Source: Stellaceae bacterium (GTDB lineage: Bacteria; Pseudomonadota; Alphaproteobacteria; ATCC43930; CGMCC-115725). Taken from it: a stretch of 60,056 nucleotides of DNA. Shown here piece after piece: positions 7,072-15,788 of the stretch (its first letter is position 1; every line of letters starts with the position of its first letter). Location: assembly GCA_035510075.1 (NCBI GenBank), contig DATKHX010000117.1:1-60056 (forward strand), in the 5' to 3' direction. The notes below the pieces were generated by a model. The model ran no database searches. It saw only the letters and a list, made by a program, of their open reading frames with translations, and was not told where the DNA came from. Both the position numbers and the translations under genes were made by a program.

Positions 7072-7457
7072 TTGATTCTCCTGGCGATGAGCGCGATCGC
7101 GTCGAGCACTTTCTGCACGGCGGCGCGCTCCTCGACCTCGAAATCGCGACGCTCCTGATCGGAGCGGTCCATGCGCTGATCGGAGCGGTCCATGCGCTGC
7201 TCGTCGGCGGTGACCCGCAGGCTGATCGCGGCTTCCATGGCACCCATCGCTGCGGTCAGCGCCGCCTGGCGCGCGTCGATCTCGGCCTGGCGCGCCGAGA
7301 GCGCATTCCACGCCGGCGCCACGGCGAAGATGATCGTCAACACGACGCTGATGACGCCGACAAAAAAGAGGCCGCCCTGAAGGATGTGGCCGAGCTCGAC
7401 GCGCGGCGAATATTCGGGCATCGCATTCAGCCCGGCGACGCCGAATTGGGCGAGCAC
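7068..7457 (-). CDS. i-spanin (Rz-like; N-terminal TM + coiled coil)
   Basis: TM helix GGLFFVGVISVVLTIIFAV followed by an Ala/Gln/Arg/Glu-rich helix. An alternative start is MPEYS at 7421. Confidence 0.65.
   Translation of the reverse strand: MLAQFGVAGLNAMPEYSPRVELGHILQGGLFFVGVISVVLTIIFAVAPAWNALSARQAEIDARQAALTAAMGAMEAAISLRVTADEQRMDRSDQRMDRSDQERRDFEVEERAAVQKVLDAIALIARRIK
7155..7196 (-). repeat. Perfect 21-bp tandem duplication inside the i-spanin gene
   Basis: ctgatcggagcggtccatgcg occurs twice, encoding a doubled 7-aa unit in ...EQRMDRSDQRMDRSDQ... (exactly one heptad added). Confidence 0.9.
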
Positions 7458-7813
7458 AGCACGGTCGAGCTCAGCACCAGGGTGCGGCCGTCCGAGGTCG
7501 TGACCGTGGCGCTCAGGACATAGGTGGCGCCGATCGCCGAAGTTGGCATGCCGCCGACCAGCGCCACCGAAAAGAACCCGGTCTTCACGGCGAGATTGCC
7601 GGTGAGCGGGTCACGCACCGCGATCGTCGTCGCCGTCGAGGTCGCGATGATGCGTGAGCCGGCCGCGGGGTCGCTCGCGGTCTGGTAGGGTGCCAGCGCG
7701 CAGGTCCAGGTGGTGCCGGCAAGCGTCGCCGCGCCCATGTCGGCAGTGAAGTCAAAGGCGAAATTGTCGGTCTCGCCCGGCTCGATCGGGTCGAACGGGG
7801 TGGTCAGGCGCAT
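7427..7813 (-). CDS. Hypothetical protein
   Basis: MRLTTPFDPIEPGETDNFAFDFTADMG..., 128 aa, beta-rich composition, GAGG RBS. Confidence 0.6.
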   Translation of the reverse strand: MRLTTPFDPIEPGETDNFAFDFTADMGAATLAGTTWTCALAPYQTASDPAAGSRIIATSTATTIAVRDPLTGNLAVKTGFFSVALVGGMPTSAIGATYVLSATVTTSDGRTLVLSSTVLCSPNSASPG

Positions 7814-7844
7814 GCTCGCGGCCTCGATTTTGGGATTACGGCGC

Positions 7845-9914
7845 TTACAGCACCCGGCGTTTGCCGAGCGACCGCAGCACCCGGCGTTTGCCGAGCGACC
7901 GCAGCACCCGGCCGAGCGAAAGAAGCGGGACCATCGCGAGCTGCTGTATTTCGACCGCGAGGTCGCCGTCGCCCAGCACATGGAAAACGATCGCCTGCCA
8001 TTCGGCGGGCGAGGCGCTCGACGGCGTCACTCTCGCCGTGGCCTCGATCACGGCGGCGTGATCATGGATTGCCGAGGCCGCGCCCTCGAGCTGAAGCAGC
8101 GTGTCGACGAACGCCAGCGCCTGGCCCAGCGCTTCGTCCGGGAGCCCGGCGTCGAGCCGTGCGAGGTTCAGCCATTCGACCGTGCCGGCGCGGTCGGCGC
8201 GCGCCATGACCAGAATTTCGCCGAGCGCGCGCAAATCCGTCGCGACCGCGGCGGCGGCTTCGGCTGTCGCGGGGGTGTCGGCGCTGAGAAGTGCGGTCCA
8301 CTCGATCGTGGGGCTGCTGTCGCCGATGACCGCGGTCGACGCGGTTCCGGTCGCCTCGATCATCGGGTTGGCGTCGCCGCGCAGCCCCGCCGCGAGCTCG
8401 ATCCGCAGCAGCGCGTCGGCGATAATGGCGACGAGCCCGGTCGTTTCGAGCGCCAGGCCGTGCCCGCGCAAAGCCGCGATCAGGGTTTCGGTCGCGGCAG
8501 TCGTATCGCCGCGGGCCGCCGCCGACGCCTCGGCCGGGGCGCCGGCCGCGCCCCGCTGACCGCCCGGGTCCTCGGCCGGGAGCGGGGTGTCGTTCCGCTG
8601 GCGCGCGACGATCTCGTCGGGTGTCGTGCCGTCAGCCGCGACGGCGCCGAGGTCTTCGAGCGCCGCGGGGCCGCGGCGCGCGGCGCCGGACGGCGCCTCG
8701 ATCGGGATCGGCGGGTCGGCCCGCTGCGTCGCGGCGGCCTCGCTCGGGGTTGCCGGGTCGCCGCGCGCGGTAGCGCCCGGCTCGAACGGCAGTGCGGCAT
8801 CGGCGCGCTGTCCGGCTGCTCCCTCGATTGGAGCAACCGGATCGCTGCGCACGGCAACGGTGCTCTCGGCGAAGAAGATGCCATCGGCGATGAGCCTGGC
8901 GATGATCTCGCCGAGTGCTGCCGGGTCGGCTTTGAGGCGTGCAAGCGCCTCCGTCGCGATCGTGGCATCGATGGTGACGGTTGTTCCAGCGCTCGGCGTA
9001 TAGGTGATGACGATGAGACCGTCGCCGCCGGTCCCGCCGGTGCCGCCCGTCGCATAGCCGCCGCCGCCACCACCGCCGCCGTATTGCCCGCCGTTGCCAC
9101 CCGCTCCGGCGTTCGGGCCGCCTTGGTTGCCGCCGCCACCGCCGCCACCGCCACCGCAGCCGTGTGAGGCATCCCATTCGGTGCCGTTGCCGCCGGCGCC
9201 CCCGGCACCCGCCGGGGTCCCGGTGGTGCCTTGGTTGCTGCCGCCACCACCACCGCCACCGCCATTGGTCCCGGCTGATCCTGCGGTAAATGCGGCCCCG
9301 CCAGCGCCGCCAGCGCCGGCCCCGCCGGGGCCACTATTGCCGCCAGTGGCGCCTATGAGCGAGCTGGTTGCGGCGCTGGCGCCGTTGCCGCCATTGTCGG
9401 CACCGGCGCCGGACGCGCCTGCGTTGACCGCTGACGAGACGGTTGACGTGCCGCCGGCCCCACCGGGGCCCGAAGGGCCAGCCGCAGCGCCACCCCCTGA
9501 GCCGCCGCCCGGCGCACCCGCTCCATTACCACCGGCACCGCCGGTATGCCCGGTGCCGTTGACTGCGGTGCCGCCAGCGCCCCCGGTGCTCGCAACAAGC
9601 CCAAAACCGCCGCCGTTGGCGCTGACCGATGACGACGCGACACTGGTGCCGTTAAAATAAGTTCCGCCGCCCGCAACGCCCGGCGTGCCGCCAGCGCCGA
9701 CGCTGAATTGAACACTTCCGCCAGCTGTCAGCGCCAGGCTGGTGGTCTTTGAATAGCCACCGCCCCCGCCGCCGGAACCAATGCCGTTGGCCAGGGTCGC
9801 GGTTGCGCCACCGCCGCCGGCGCCGAGAACCTCAATCGTGCTGCCGGCCGAAGTCCAATCGCTCGGAACCGTCCACGGCGATGACGACGACTTCGTAAGA
9901 TAGACTACCGTCAA
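7845..9914 (-). CDS. Glycine-rich-domain protein with a C-terminal degenerate repeat array (fibre-like)
   Basis: N-terminus PWTVPSDWTSAGSTIEVLGAGGGG followed by ~300 aa of Gly-rich sequence ending GDGLIVITY. Then come repeated RxDxxxPxE units. Confidence 0.7.
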   Translation of the reverse strand: MTVVYLTKSSSSPWTVPSDWTSAGSTIEVLGAGGGGATATLANGIGSGGGGGGYSKTTSLALTAGGSVQFSVGAGGTPGVAGGGTYFNGTSVASSSVSANGGGFGLVASTGGAGGTAVNGTGHTGGAGGNGAGAPGGGSGGGAAAGPSGPGGAGGTSTVSSAVNAGASGAGADNGGNGASAATSSLIGATGGNSGPGGAGAGGAGGAAFTAGSAGTNGGGGGGGGSNQGTTGTPAGAGGAGGNGTEWDASHGCGGGGGGGGGNQGGPNAGAGGNGGQYGGGGGGGGYATGGTGGTGGDGLIVITYTPSAGTTVTIDATIATEALARLKADPAALGEIIARLIADGIFFAESTVAVRSDPVAPIEGAAGQRADAALPFEPGATARGDPATPSEAAATQRADPPIPIEAPSGAARRGPAALEDLGAVAADGTTPDEIVARQRNDTPLPAEDPGGQRGAAGAPAEASAAARGDTTAATETLIAALRGHGLALETTGLVAIIADALLRIELAAGLRGDANPMIEATGTASTAVIGDSSPTIEWTALLSADTPATAEAAAAVATDLRALGEILVMARADRAGTVEWLNLARLDAGLPDEALGQALAFVDTLLQLEGAASAIHDHAAVIEATARVTPSSASPAEWQAIVFHVLGDGDLAVEIQQLAMVPLLSLGRVLRSLGKRRVLRSLGKRRVL
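7848..7920 (-). repeat. 27-bp tandem repeat, ~2.7 copies, at the 3' end of the Gly-rich gene
   Basis: cagcacccggcgtttgccgagcgaccg occurs at 7848-7874 and 7875-7901, plus a partial copy. Encodes ...RVLRSLGKRRVLRSLGKRRVL*. Confidence 0.9.
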
Positions 9915-9936
9915 CGCGGTGCCCTGATGGGTGCGG

Positions 9937-10629
9937 TTATAATGCGCCGGCCGGGTTCGCGATCGGCCCTACCGCCGGCGGCGAGGTCATCCAGCTCGGC
10001 AAGCGCCCGAACGCGTCGGCCATGACCACGTCGCGGTCGATGTCGATCCCCGCGACCTGGCCCATTTGCGCGAATTGCTGGATGCAGGGCCCGCACACCG
10101 CGACCTGGGGCGTGTCGCGGCTCAGCGCGCGCCAATAGAGCGTCACGACCAGATCGAGATAGAGCTCTTCGGGGGAGAGCGGGCAGTCGGCGCTGTAATA
10201 GAGGCACGGCACGTAACCGGCGGCAATGACCGCGCGCGACCACGAGTTGACATAGGCGACGATCGCCGGATTGCCGCAGCCGGGCCGCATGTTTTCGAGG
10301 TCGACCGCCAATGTCGCGCCCGCCGGGTAGCCGACCGCGGCGGCGTTCTGCGCCGCCGCACCGCCATAGGCCGTGCCGAGCCCGGACGACGGCGTCCAGT
10401 AGGCCGGCGGGCAATGCTGCACCAGCATCAGCCCCAGACCCGCCGTCATGATCGTTGCGGCCTCCTCGGCGCCGATGTCGCCGGGGCCGTTCGGCACGGC
10501 GCGGCTGACATAGCGGATCGCCGCGGCATAGCCCCGGAGGGCGAGAGACCGTGCCGCCACCAGGTCGAGCTTGGTGTCGGTGTCGAAGCACTGGGCGCCG
10601 GGCATCGCGGTCACTGCGAGGGCGGTCAT
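9937..10629 (-). CDS. DUF1906 / Rv2525c-like glycoside-hydrolase-fold protein (putative endolysin)
   Basis: The pattern CFDT...GYAAAIRYVS...EEAATIMTAGLGLMLVQ...AVGYPAGATLAVDLE...AGYVPCLYY matches the DUF1906 TIM-barrel family. Confidence 0.6.
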   Translation of the reverse strand: MTALAVTAMPGAQCFDTDTKLDLVAARSLALRGYAAAIRYVSRAVPNGPGDIGAEEAATIMTAGLGLMLVQHCPPAYWTPSSGLGTAYGGAAAQNAAAVGYPAGATLAVDLENMRPGCGNPAIVAYVNSWSRAVIAAGYVPCLYYSADCPLSPEELYLDLVVTLYWRALSRDTPQVAVCGPCIQQFAQMGQVAGIDIDRDVVMADAFGRLPSWMTSPPAVGPIANPAGAL

Positions 10630-10829
10630 CGACGGGCCGCCACGATCGCGAACCCATCGGGTTCGAATTTGTGCTCTTGCGAGACGCCATTGGCATCCCT
10701 CAATAGGCACAGCCCGGTGTCGACGTTGGCCGCCATGATCAGACCCGGCACGTCGACAAAGTTGTCGCGGCGCACGATCTTGTAGCGCGCTCGCTCCGGA
10801 TCAATGGCAGTCAGCTTGCGTGGCGGCAT
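10626..10829 (-). CDS. Hypothetical protein
   Basis: 67 aa. GGAGAGAGAA RBS. Its stop overlaps the next ATG (ATGA). Confidence 0.6.
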   Translation of the reverse strand: MPPRKLTAIDPERARYKIVRRDNFVDVPGLIMAANVDTGLCLLRDANGVSQEHKFEPDGFAIVAARR

Positions 10830-10846
10830 TTCTCTCTCCGGAAAGG

Positions 10847-10866
10847 GACCCGCCGCACGGCGGGTC
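10847..10866 (-). terminator. Hairpin at the stop of the 990-aa gene
   Basis: GACCCGCC-GTGC-GGCGGGTC on the minus strand, followed by CCTTTCC (a weak U-tract). Confidence 0.35.
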
Positions 10867-13837
10867 AGTGCACCCTGACGGTCGGGTCGATCGCCCAGCG
10901 CTCTGCGTCACCCCAGCGCGGGGTGTAGACGAACCGCGCGTCGGCATTGGCGAACGCAGTCGCAAGGGAAGGCGTGGTCGCGCCATTGTTTAGGGCGGCC
11001 GCCATGCCCGACCGTGCCCACACGTCATAGTCCGAGCTGCTGTTGCCACCCTGCCCGTTCGCCGCCGGCCCGCTCGGGGGATCGTAGGCAAACTGGAACG
11101 CCATGCTGAAATTCGTACCGGCGGAGTAGGGGCCATGGGCCGGGACGAACGGGGTTATGGTCGGGCTTGGACAGGGGTTGAGGGCCGTCGCCGCGGTGCA
11201 GGTCGTCGAGAGCCGGAACATTTCCGCCGGCTGGGTGACGTTGTAAGTAAAATACTTGGTCGTCGGCCCGAAGTCGTTGTTGGGATTCAGGTCCCAAATC
11301 ACCCCCGCGTCGCCATTTTGTAGTTGTGGAAATAACCCGCCATTAGCCGTGAACAGACCCGTCGCATCGACGCTGAGGAAGCCGGCATTTGAGTGGGTGA
11401 ATATCTCGCTCGGGCCGTTGGCGTGCGGGAGCTGGTCCGGCGCCGCCATGAACGCCGACGGGAAGGTGTCCGTGACCTGCTCCGTCACTGCCCAATAGGT
11501 CGGCCACGACGATGCCCATAGGAGTTCGGGCCACACGGTCATGTAGTCGCACTCGGCCGCCGTGCTGCCTCCGGTGATCGGGCTGGTGTAGCGGATCAAG
11601 CCCTTCTGTGCACAATATGAAGTCTCCTCGTAGTAGTGCATGAAATTGGCCAGGAAGTCCGAAATCCCTTCCGTCGCGCCGATGGCAGCCATGCCGGGGT
11701 CGGCGTAGTGATGCGTCACGGTGTAGAAATTATCCACATCGCCGGCCAGCACGTCGAATTCGTATTGCTTCTCCGGGTTGCTGTCGGAGCCAATGACCGA
11801 TCCGCGCATGAACTCGCGCAGCTCCCACGCCGTCCGCCGCATACTGTCCGTAAATGAGATGCGAGCGACGTAGGGGGTGCCGTTCATCGCGAAGTTGCGG
11901 GAGCCGACGCCAAACGTGTCGACGTTCATATTCATGAGCTGTGCATTAGCCGCGAAATACTGCACGTCGATCATGCTGCGGTCGCCGGTCAGCAGCGCCA
12001 TCAGCCACTGCCCGTAATCCTCCCAATGCATCCCATCGACACCGGCCATCATCCCGCCGAGAAAGCACGATGGGCAGGTATCGCCGGTCGCGGTCGGCGG
12101 GATTTCCATGCCGCCGGAGACCCCATTGCCAGTATAGGTCCAGAACACGTTGGGCAGGCCGGCCCCGAGCTGGGGATAGGTCTTGTTGTTGAGGGCGGGC
12201 AGGTAGCCGGTCGCCTCGTTGAGGGTCATCAGCGTCGGAATGTTCATGACGCTCAGAGCGGTGGCGCGCACGCCGTCCCACGCCGCGGAATTTTCGCTGA
12301 GCAGGGCACGGGCTTCCCATTCGGAGAGCGGGCCGAGCCCGTCATGGTCGCCGCCGGCGCCATCGTCGACATCGCCAAGCCCGGTCGAGTTCGGCCGATA
12401 GACAGGACCGCCTTTGTTGCCCTGCGCCTTATAGAGCGGGAGAACCGCAAGGTTGGTGTAGTAGGACGGGATGACCCCGGCCACTTCGAGGTAGGAAATC
12501 TCGGCCGTGGTCAGGGCCGGGTTGAGATGGACCGCCGGGGCACGGTTGGCCGCGGCAAGCCAGAGCGGGCTGCCAACCTCGTCTGGGCCGATTATCGCCA
12601 CGGCGCGATAGTTGGCTGAGGCGACGGGCGTGAAATTCTGCGGTCCTACACCAGGACTGGTGATGTTGGGGCAGGTGAGCGGGTTGGCACCGCCGTTCTG
12701 GCTGGCGGGGCTGAGGACAAGATTGCCCTTGCCGCTGCCGACCACGGAGGAGCCATAAAAGTAGACACGGCCGGGCGTCATGCCGCCGATCGCGGTGCCG
12801 CCCGCAGCAGGCCCGTTGTACAGCACGGGCTCACCGTCTTGGAGCGTGGTCGGCAGTTGGAAATTGGTCGAGATGGTTCCGGCGCCGCAAGTCCCATTGA
12901 TCCCGGTCGTCACTGCGGCAGGCTGGATCGCGAACGGCCCTTCGGCGCTGCCGAGGCCGGTCGAGCGCTGGGCGATCAGCGCCGCCCCGTCATAGAGCGC
13001 CATGTCGCCGGTGTACACGGCCGTGGCATTGGCCGCGACGTTGAGCCAAGGGCCGTTCGCCACCCACGGGTCTTCGACCCGCACCTCGCCGAGCACGCCT
13101 GAGTTGGGCGCGGTCTGCCAGAGCTGGATCGCCGGAAAGTGCGCCCAGAGCTGCGCGCCCGCCGGGGAGCCGTTGGCCCGGTCGACGCAGGGGCCGTCGA
13201 CGGCGTAACTGGTCATCAGCGCGCCGTTGCTGGTGATCCTGTAACCGCCGTTCTTGGTGTAGGCGCCGAGTGCCGCGAGCGCGTTGGCATCGCACACCCA
13301 CACGCCGGAGCCGATCGTGACCCCGTTGCCGTCGCGCACCGGGATCGTGGACGAACCGAACACGACTTTGATATCGTGCGCGGAGGCCGCCGCGGAGAAC
13401 GGCAGGCCAGTGCCGGGCGTGTAGCTGTAGCTCGGGATCGTGCCGCGCTGGAACGCCGCGCCAAACGTGAAGGGCACGTCGGTTCCGGCCGCGCCGGCAT
13501 TCTGCTCCGTCCGGGTCGCGATCGGGACGCCATTGTAGGAAATCTGCACCTGGAAGGTGCCGCCGACCGGGACCGAGGGCACGCGGGTCGAGAAATTCGC
13601 CGTGCGGACACCGTTGCTGGCAGGCTCGCCGTTGAATCCGTAGGTGCCAACCTCGTCCATCTGTATCGGCACGGCGGTGTAGGGGCCGCCGACCGGGCCG
13701 ATGGCGAGCGACAGCGTTCCGGCGCCGCTGGCGGGCGGCCCCGTGACGGTGATCGTCAGATCGCCGGTCGCAGGCGCTGGCGGCGACTGAACAGCGAACC
13801 CCGCGGTCAGCAGGGCGCCGGCAGCCAGGGTGCGCAT
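10865..13837 (-). CDS. Large (990 aa) signal-peptide-bearing protein, possible polysaccharide-active enzyme or receptor-binding protein
   Basis: N-terminus MRTLAAGALLTAGFAVQS. The long ORF has coherent composition. The function call is speculative. Confidence 0.7.
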   Translation of the reverse strand: MRTLAAGALLTAGFAVQSPPAPATGDLTITVTGPPASGAGTLSLAIGPVGGPYTAVPIQMDEVGTYGFNGEPASNGVRTANFSTRVPSVPVGGTFQVQISYNGVPIATRTEQNAGAAGTDVPFTFGAAFQRGTIPSYSYTPGTGLPFSAAASAHDIKVVFGSSTIPVRDGNGVTIGSGVWVCDANALAALGAYTKNGGYRITSNGALMTSYAVDGPCVDRANGSPAGAQLWAHFPAIQLWQTAPNSGVLGEVRVEDPWVANGPWLNVAANATAVYTGDMALYDGAALIAQRSTGLGSAEGPFAIQPAAVTTGINGTCGAGTISTNFQLPTTLQDGEPVLYNGPAAGGTAIGGMTPGRVYFYGSSVVGSGKGNLVLSPASQNGGANPLTCPNITSPGVGPQNFTPVASANYRAVAIIGPDEVGSPLWLAAANRAPAVHLNPALTTAEISYLEVAGVIPSYYTNLAVLPLYKAQGNKGGPVYRPNSTGLGDVDDGAGGDHDGLGPLSEWEARALLSENSAAWDGVRATALSVMNIPTLMTLNEATGYLPALNNKTYPQLGAGLPNVFWTYTGNGVSGGMEIPPTATGDTCPSCFLGGMMAGVDGMHWEDYGQWLMALLTGDRSMIDVQYFAANAQLMNMNVDTFGVGSRNFAMNGTPYVARISFTDSMRRTAWELREFMRGSVIGSDSNPEKQYEFDVLAGDVDNFYTVTHHYADPGMAAIGATEGISDFLANFMHYYEETSYCAQKGLIRYTSPITGGSTAAECDYMTVWPELLWASSWPTYWAVTEQVTDTFPSAFMAAPDQLPHANGPSEIFTHSNAGFLSVDATGLFTANGGLFPQLQNGDAGVIWDLNPNNDFGPTTKYFTYNVTQPAEMFRLSTTCTAATALNPCPSPTITPFVPAHGPYSAGTNFSMAFQFAYDPPSGPAANGQGGNSSSDYDVWARSGMAAALNNGATTPSLATAFANADARFVYTPRWGDAERWAIDPTVRVH

Positions 13838-13841
13838 TGGC

Positions 13842-14228
13842 TTAATTCTGCGACGCTGTGATGCCGTTCACGATGTGCGTCCCGGCACCCGGCGCGCACA
13901 TGGGCGACGAGGTCGTGAGGCCAGCCGCCGCCACCGAGACCACGCCCGTGGCCGGGCCGATCACGAAGTCGGTGAGGTCGTCGGTCCCGGTCGAGCCCGC
14001 ACCCATCGAATAGGTAACGGCAGTGCCGTCGCCGCCGAAGGTCGACACCGTGGCCACGACCGTGCCGCCCGGAACCGGGCATTGCAGCGTCCCGTTGGGC
14101 AGCACCAGGCCCAGGGCCGGAGGCGTGACGACGATGTGGAGGTCACCGGAGACGAGCGAGCCGGCGAAGGCCGGCATCGCAGCGCCGGCGAACAGCGTTG
14201 CGGCGAGAAAGAGGCGGGGGAACTTCAT
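13842..14228 (-). CDS. Secreted Ig/cadherin-like small protein
   Basis: Signal peptide MKFPRLFLAATLFAGAAMPAFA/GS. AAGGAG RBS. Beta-rich mature part. Confidence 0.65.
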   Translation of the reverse strand: MKFPRLFLAATLFAGAAMPAFAGSLVSGDLHIVVTPPALGLVLPNGTLQCPVPGGTVVATVSTFGGDGTAVTYSMGAGSTGTDDLTDFVIGPATGVVSVAAAGLTTSSPMCAPGAGTHIVNGITASQN

Positions 14229-14253
14229 GGTGTCAGGCTCCTTTTCTTAAAAA

Positions 14254-14340
14254 TCAACCTTTGGGGATCAGGATCATCAGCGCCACCGCGAGCGCCGCGG
14301 CGATGCAGAAGATCTGCAACGCCAGCGCCCCATCGCTCAC
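14254..14340 (-). CDS. Possible 28-aa hydrophobic peptide
   Basis: Hand-translated VSDGALALQIFCIAAALAVALMILIPKG*. GTG overlaps the stop of the 450-aa gene (GTGA). Confidence 0.25.
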   Translation of the reverse strand: MSDGALALQIFCIAAALAVALMILIPKG

Positions 14341-15689
14341 GTCGTGGTTCCCTGGGTGCGCAAATCGGCGCTCCCCTTGTAGGCGGCGGTGCCGGCCGGC
14401 AGGGTCAGCCGCAGCCACACGCCTTGCGCGCCGGCGGCGTTGGGGGCGGCACCCGACGGCAGGTTGCCTGGCGACGGCACGTTGACAAAGGCTGGCTGGG
14501 TGGTGAACGAGGCGAGCCCGGTCGGCAGAAACGACGAGGCCTGCTGGCGCGGGTTGCAGGTGTTGGTGTCGTTGAGCGCGGTCGTGAGGCCGATATCGAG
14601 CAATGCGCCCGACGGCAAGGACGGGGTTTCGCTCGCGATCTCGACCTGCGCCCCGGTCAGGGCGGTCGCGGTGTTGTTGTTGACGACAAACACCTTTTCG
14701 TAAAAGTACCGGGCCGAGCCCGCCGGCACGTCGGCCGCCGCGGTCGAAAACGAGCGCAGCACCGAGGTCACCGGGTTGGGGTCGCCATAGGTGGCGCCCG
14801 AGCTCGCGAACCCGGTCTCGAAGAGGATGCCCTGGCTGACGTTATAGGTCGTGGTGGCGTCGGGCACCGTCGACCAGTCGCGGTTGACGGCGACGATGTC
14901 CGTGCCGTAGCCCGAGGTCGCGATGATCATGCGCAACTGGTTGGGGCCGGTGCCGCCGGTCGTCTGGATGATCTGGCCGGCCGCGACACTGGCGCCGTCC
15001 CCGGATTGCAGTTTGAAGAGCGGCGGGGTGGTGCCGCTATGGTTGGCGGAGCCCACTTGGGCGGTATGGGCCGAGACCGTGGCGGTATGTGCCAGCGCCG
15101 CGACATCGCCCAGCGGCATCAAATAGACCGCGACCCCCGAGCCGTGCGCCACCCCGCCCTGAAAGCCGGAGACACCGCGGGCCACGGTCCAGGTGTTGGT
15201 GCCCTGGCCGCCCGTCACCTGCATGATCTCGAAATTCGCCCCGGTGTCGACCGCGACGTAATAGTTGCCGGAGCCGGGAAAGCCGGCATGCGCGGCGACC
15301 GTCATCGAGGTCGTGACATTGGTCATCGTCCCCGATGTCGTCGTGTTGGTGCCCGCGGTCGGGCCGGCCAACGGGCCATTTGGCGAGCCGCCCGAGACGA
15401 CGCCATAAAGCAGCCGCTCAAAGCTCTGCGATCCGTTGACCTTGGTGGTGCCGTTCAGGGCCACCGCCGCTGGGGTTTGGATCACACCCGTCGAGTCGCG
15501 CCCCGCCACCTGGATGTAGACCGTGGTGTCCGCAGCGTTCGACGAGACAAAGTCGATCGTGCCGGCGGGGCTGACGTCGTAAAACGCGACGCGGCGCGCG
15601 AAATCGACCGCACCGCCGACCGCCACCCCATCGGCCTCGGGCATGTTGGCCGAGCCGTAGGCGACGAGGTCGTTCGGGAGCACGCTCAT
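14337..15689 (-). CDS. Hypothetical 450-aa virion-associated-type protein
   Basis: Long ORF MSVLPNDLVAYGSANMPEADG... with no signal peptide and a GAGG RBS. Follows an intrinsic terminator. Confidence 0.7.
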   Translation of the reverse strand: MSVLPNDLVAYGSANMPEADGVAVGGAVDFARRVAFYDVSPAGTIDFVSSNAADTTVYIQVAGRDSTGVIQTPAAVALNGTTKVNGSQSFERLLYGVVSGGSPNGPLAGPTAGTNTTTSGTMTNVTTSMTVAAHAGFPGSGNYYVAVDTGANFEIMQVTGGQGTNTWTVARGVSGFQGGVAHGSGVAVYLMPLGDVAALAHTATVSAHTAQVGSANHSGTTPPLFKLQSGDGASVAAGQIIQTTGGTGPNQLRMIIATSGYGTDIVAVNRDWSTVPDATTTYNVSQGILFETGFASSGATYGDPNPVTSVLRSFSTAAADVPAGSARYFYEKVFVVNNNTATALTGAQVEIASETPSLPSGALLDIGLTTALNDTNTCNPRQQASSFLPTGLASFTTQPAFVNVPSPGNLPSGAAPNAAGAQGVWLRLTLPAGTAAYKGSADLRTQGTTT

Positions 15690-15713
15690 CGGGTTGCCTC
15701 ATAATCGTAGGGC

Positions 15714-15745
15714 GGAAAAGAAAAGGGCTCCGACTTTCGGAGCCC
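15714..15745 (-). terminator. Rho-independent terminator inside the late strand
   Basis: Minus strand GGGCTCCGA-AAG-TCGGAGCCC followed by TTTTCTTTTCC. Confidence 0.7.
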
Positions 15746-15788
15746 AGGGTTCGCGATGCCTCATACGCGCAGAGGCTGGCGCGGAGGG

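Noticed and set aside
8950-9700. Collagen-like or PE-PGRS-like identity for the Gly-rich part of 7845..9914.
   Set aside because: There is no strict G-X-Y periodicity and no PE domain. The irregular GGxGG runs bounded by WTVP...VLGAGGGG and GDGLIVITY fit the phage glycine-rich-domain type better.
13830-15704. Very long plus-strand ORFs antisense to the fibre and tail genes. Examples are 13830..15704 (624 aa), 16789..18720 (643 aa), 22589..24124 (511 aa), 31166..32656 (496 aa) and 7710..9167 (485 aa).
   Set aside because: Their translations are Arg/Gly/Asp/Ala-rich low-complexity strings, typical of shadow frames in high-GC DNA. They lack RBS or start-stop coupling, and each lies opposite an ORF with clear protein-family motifs.
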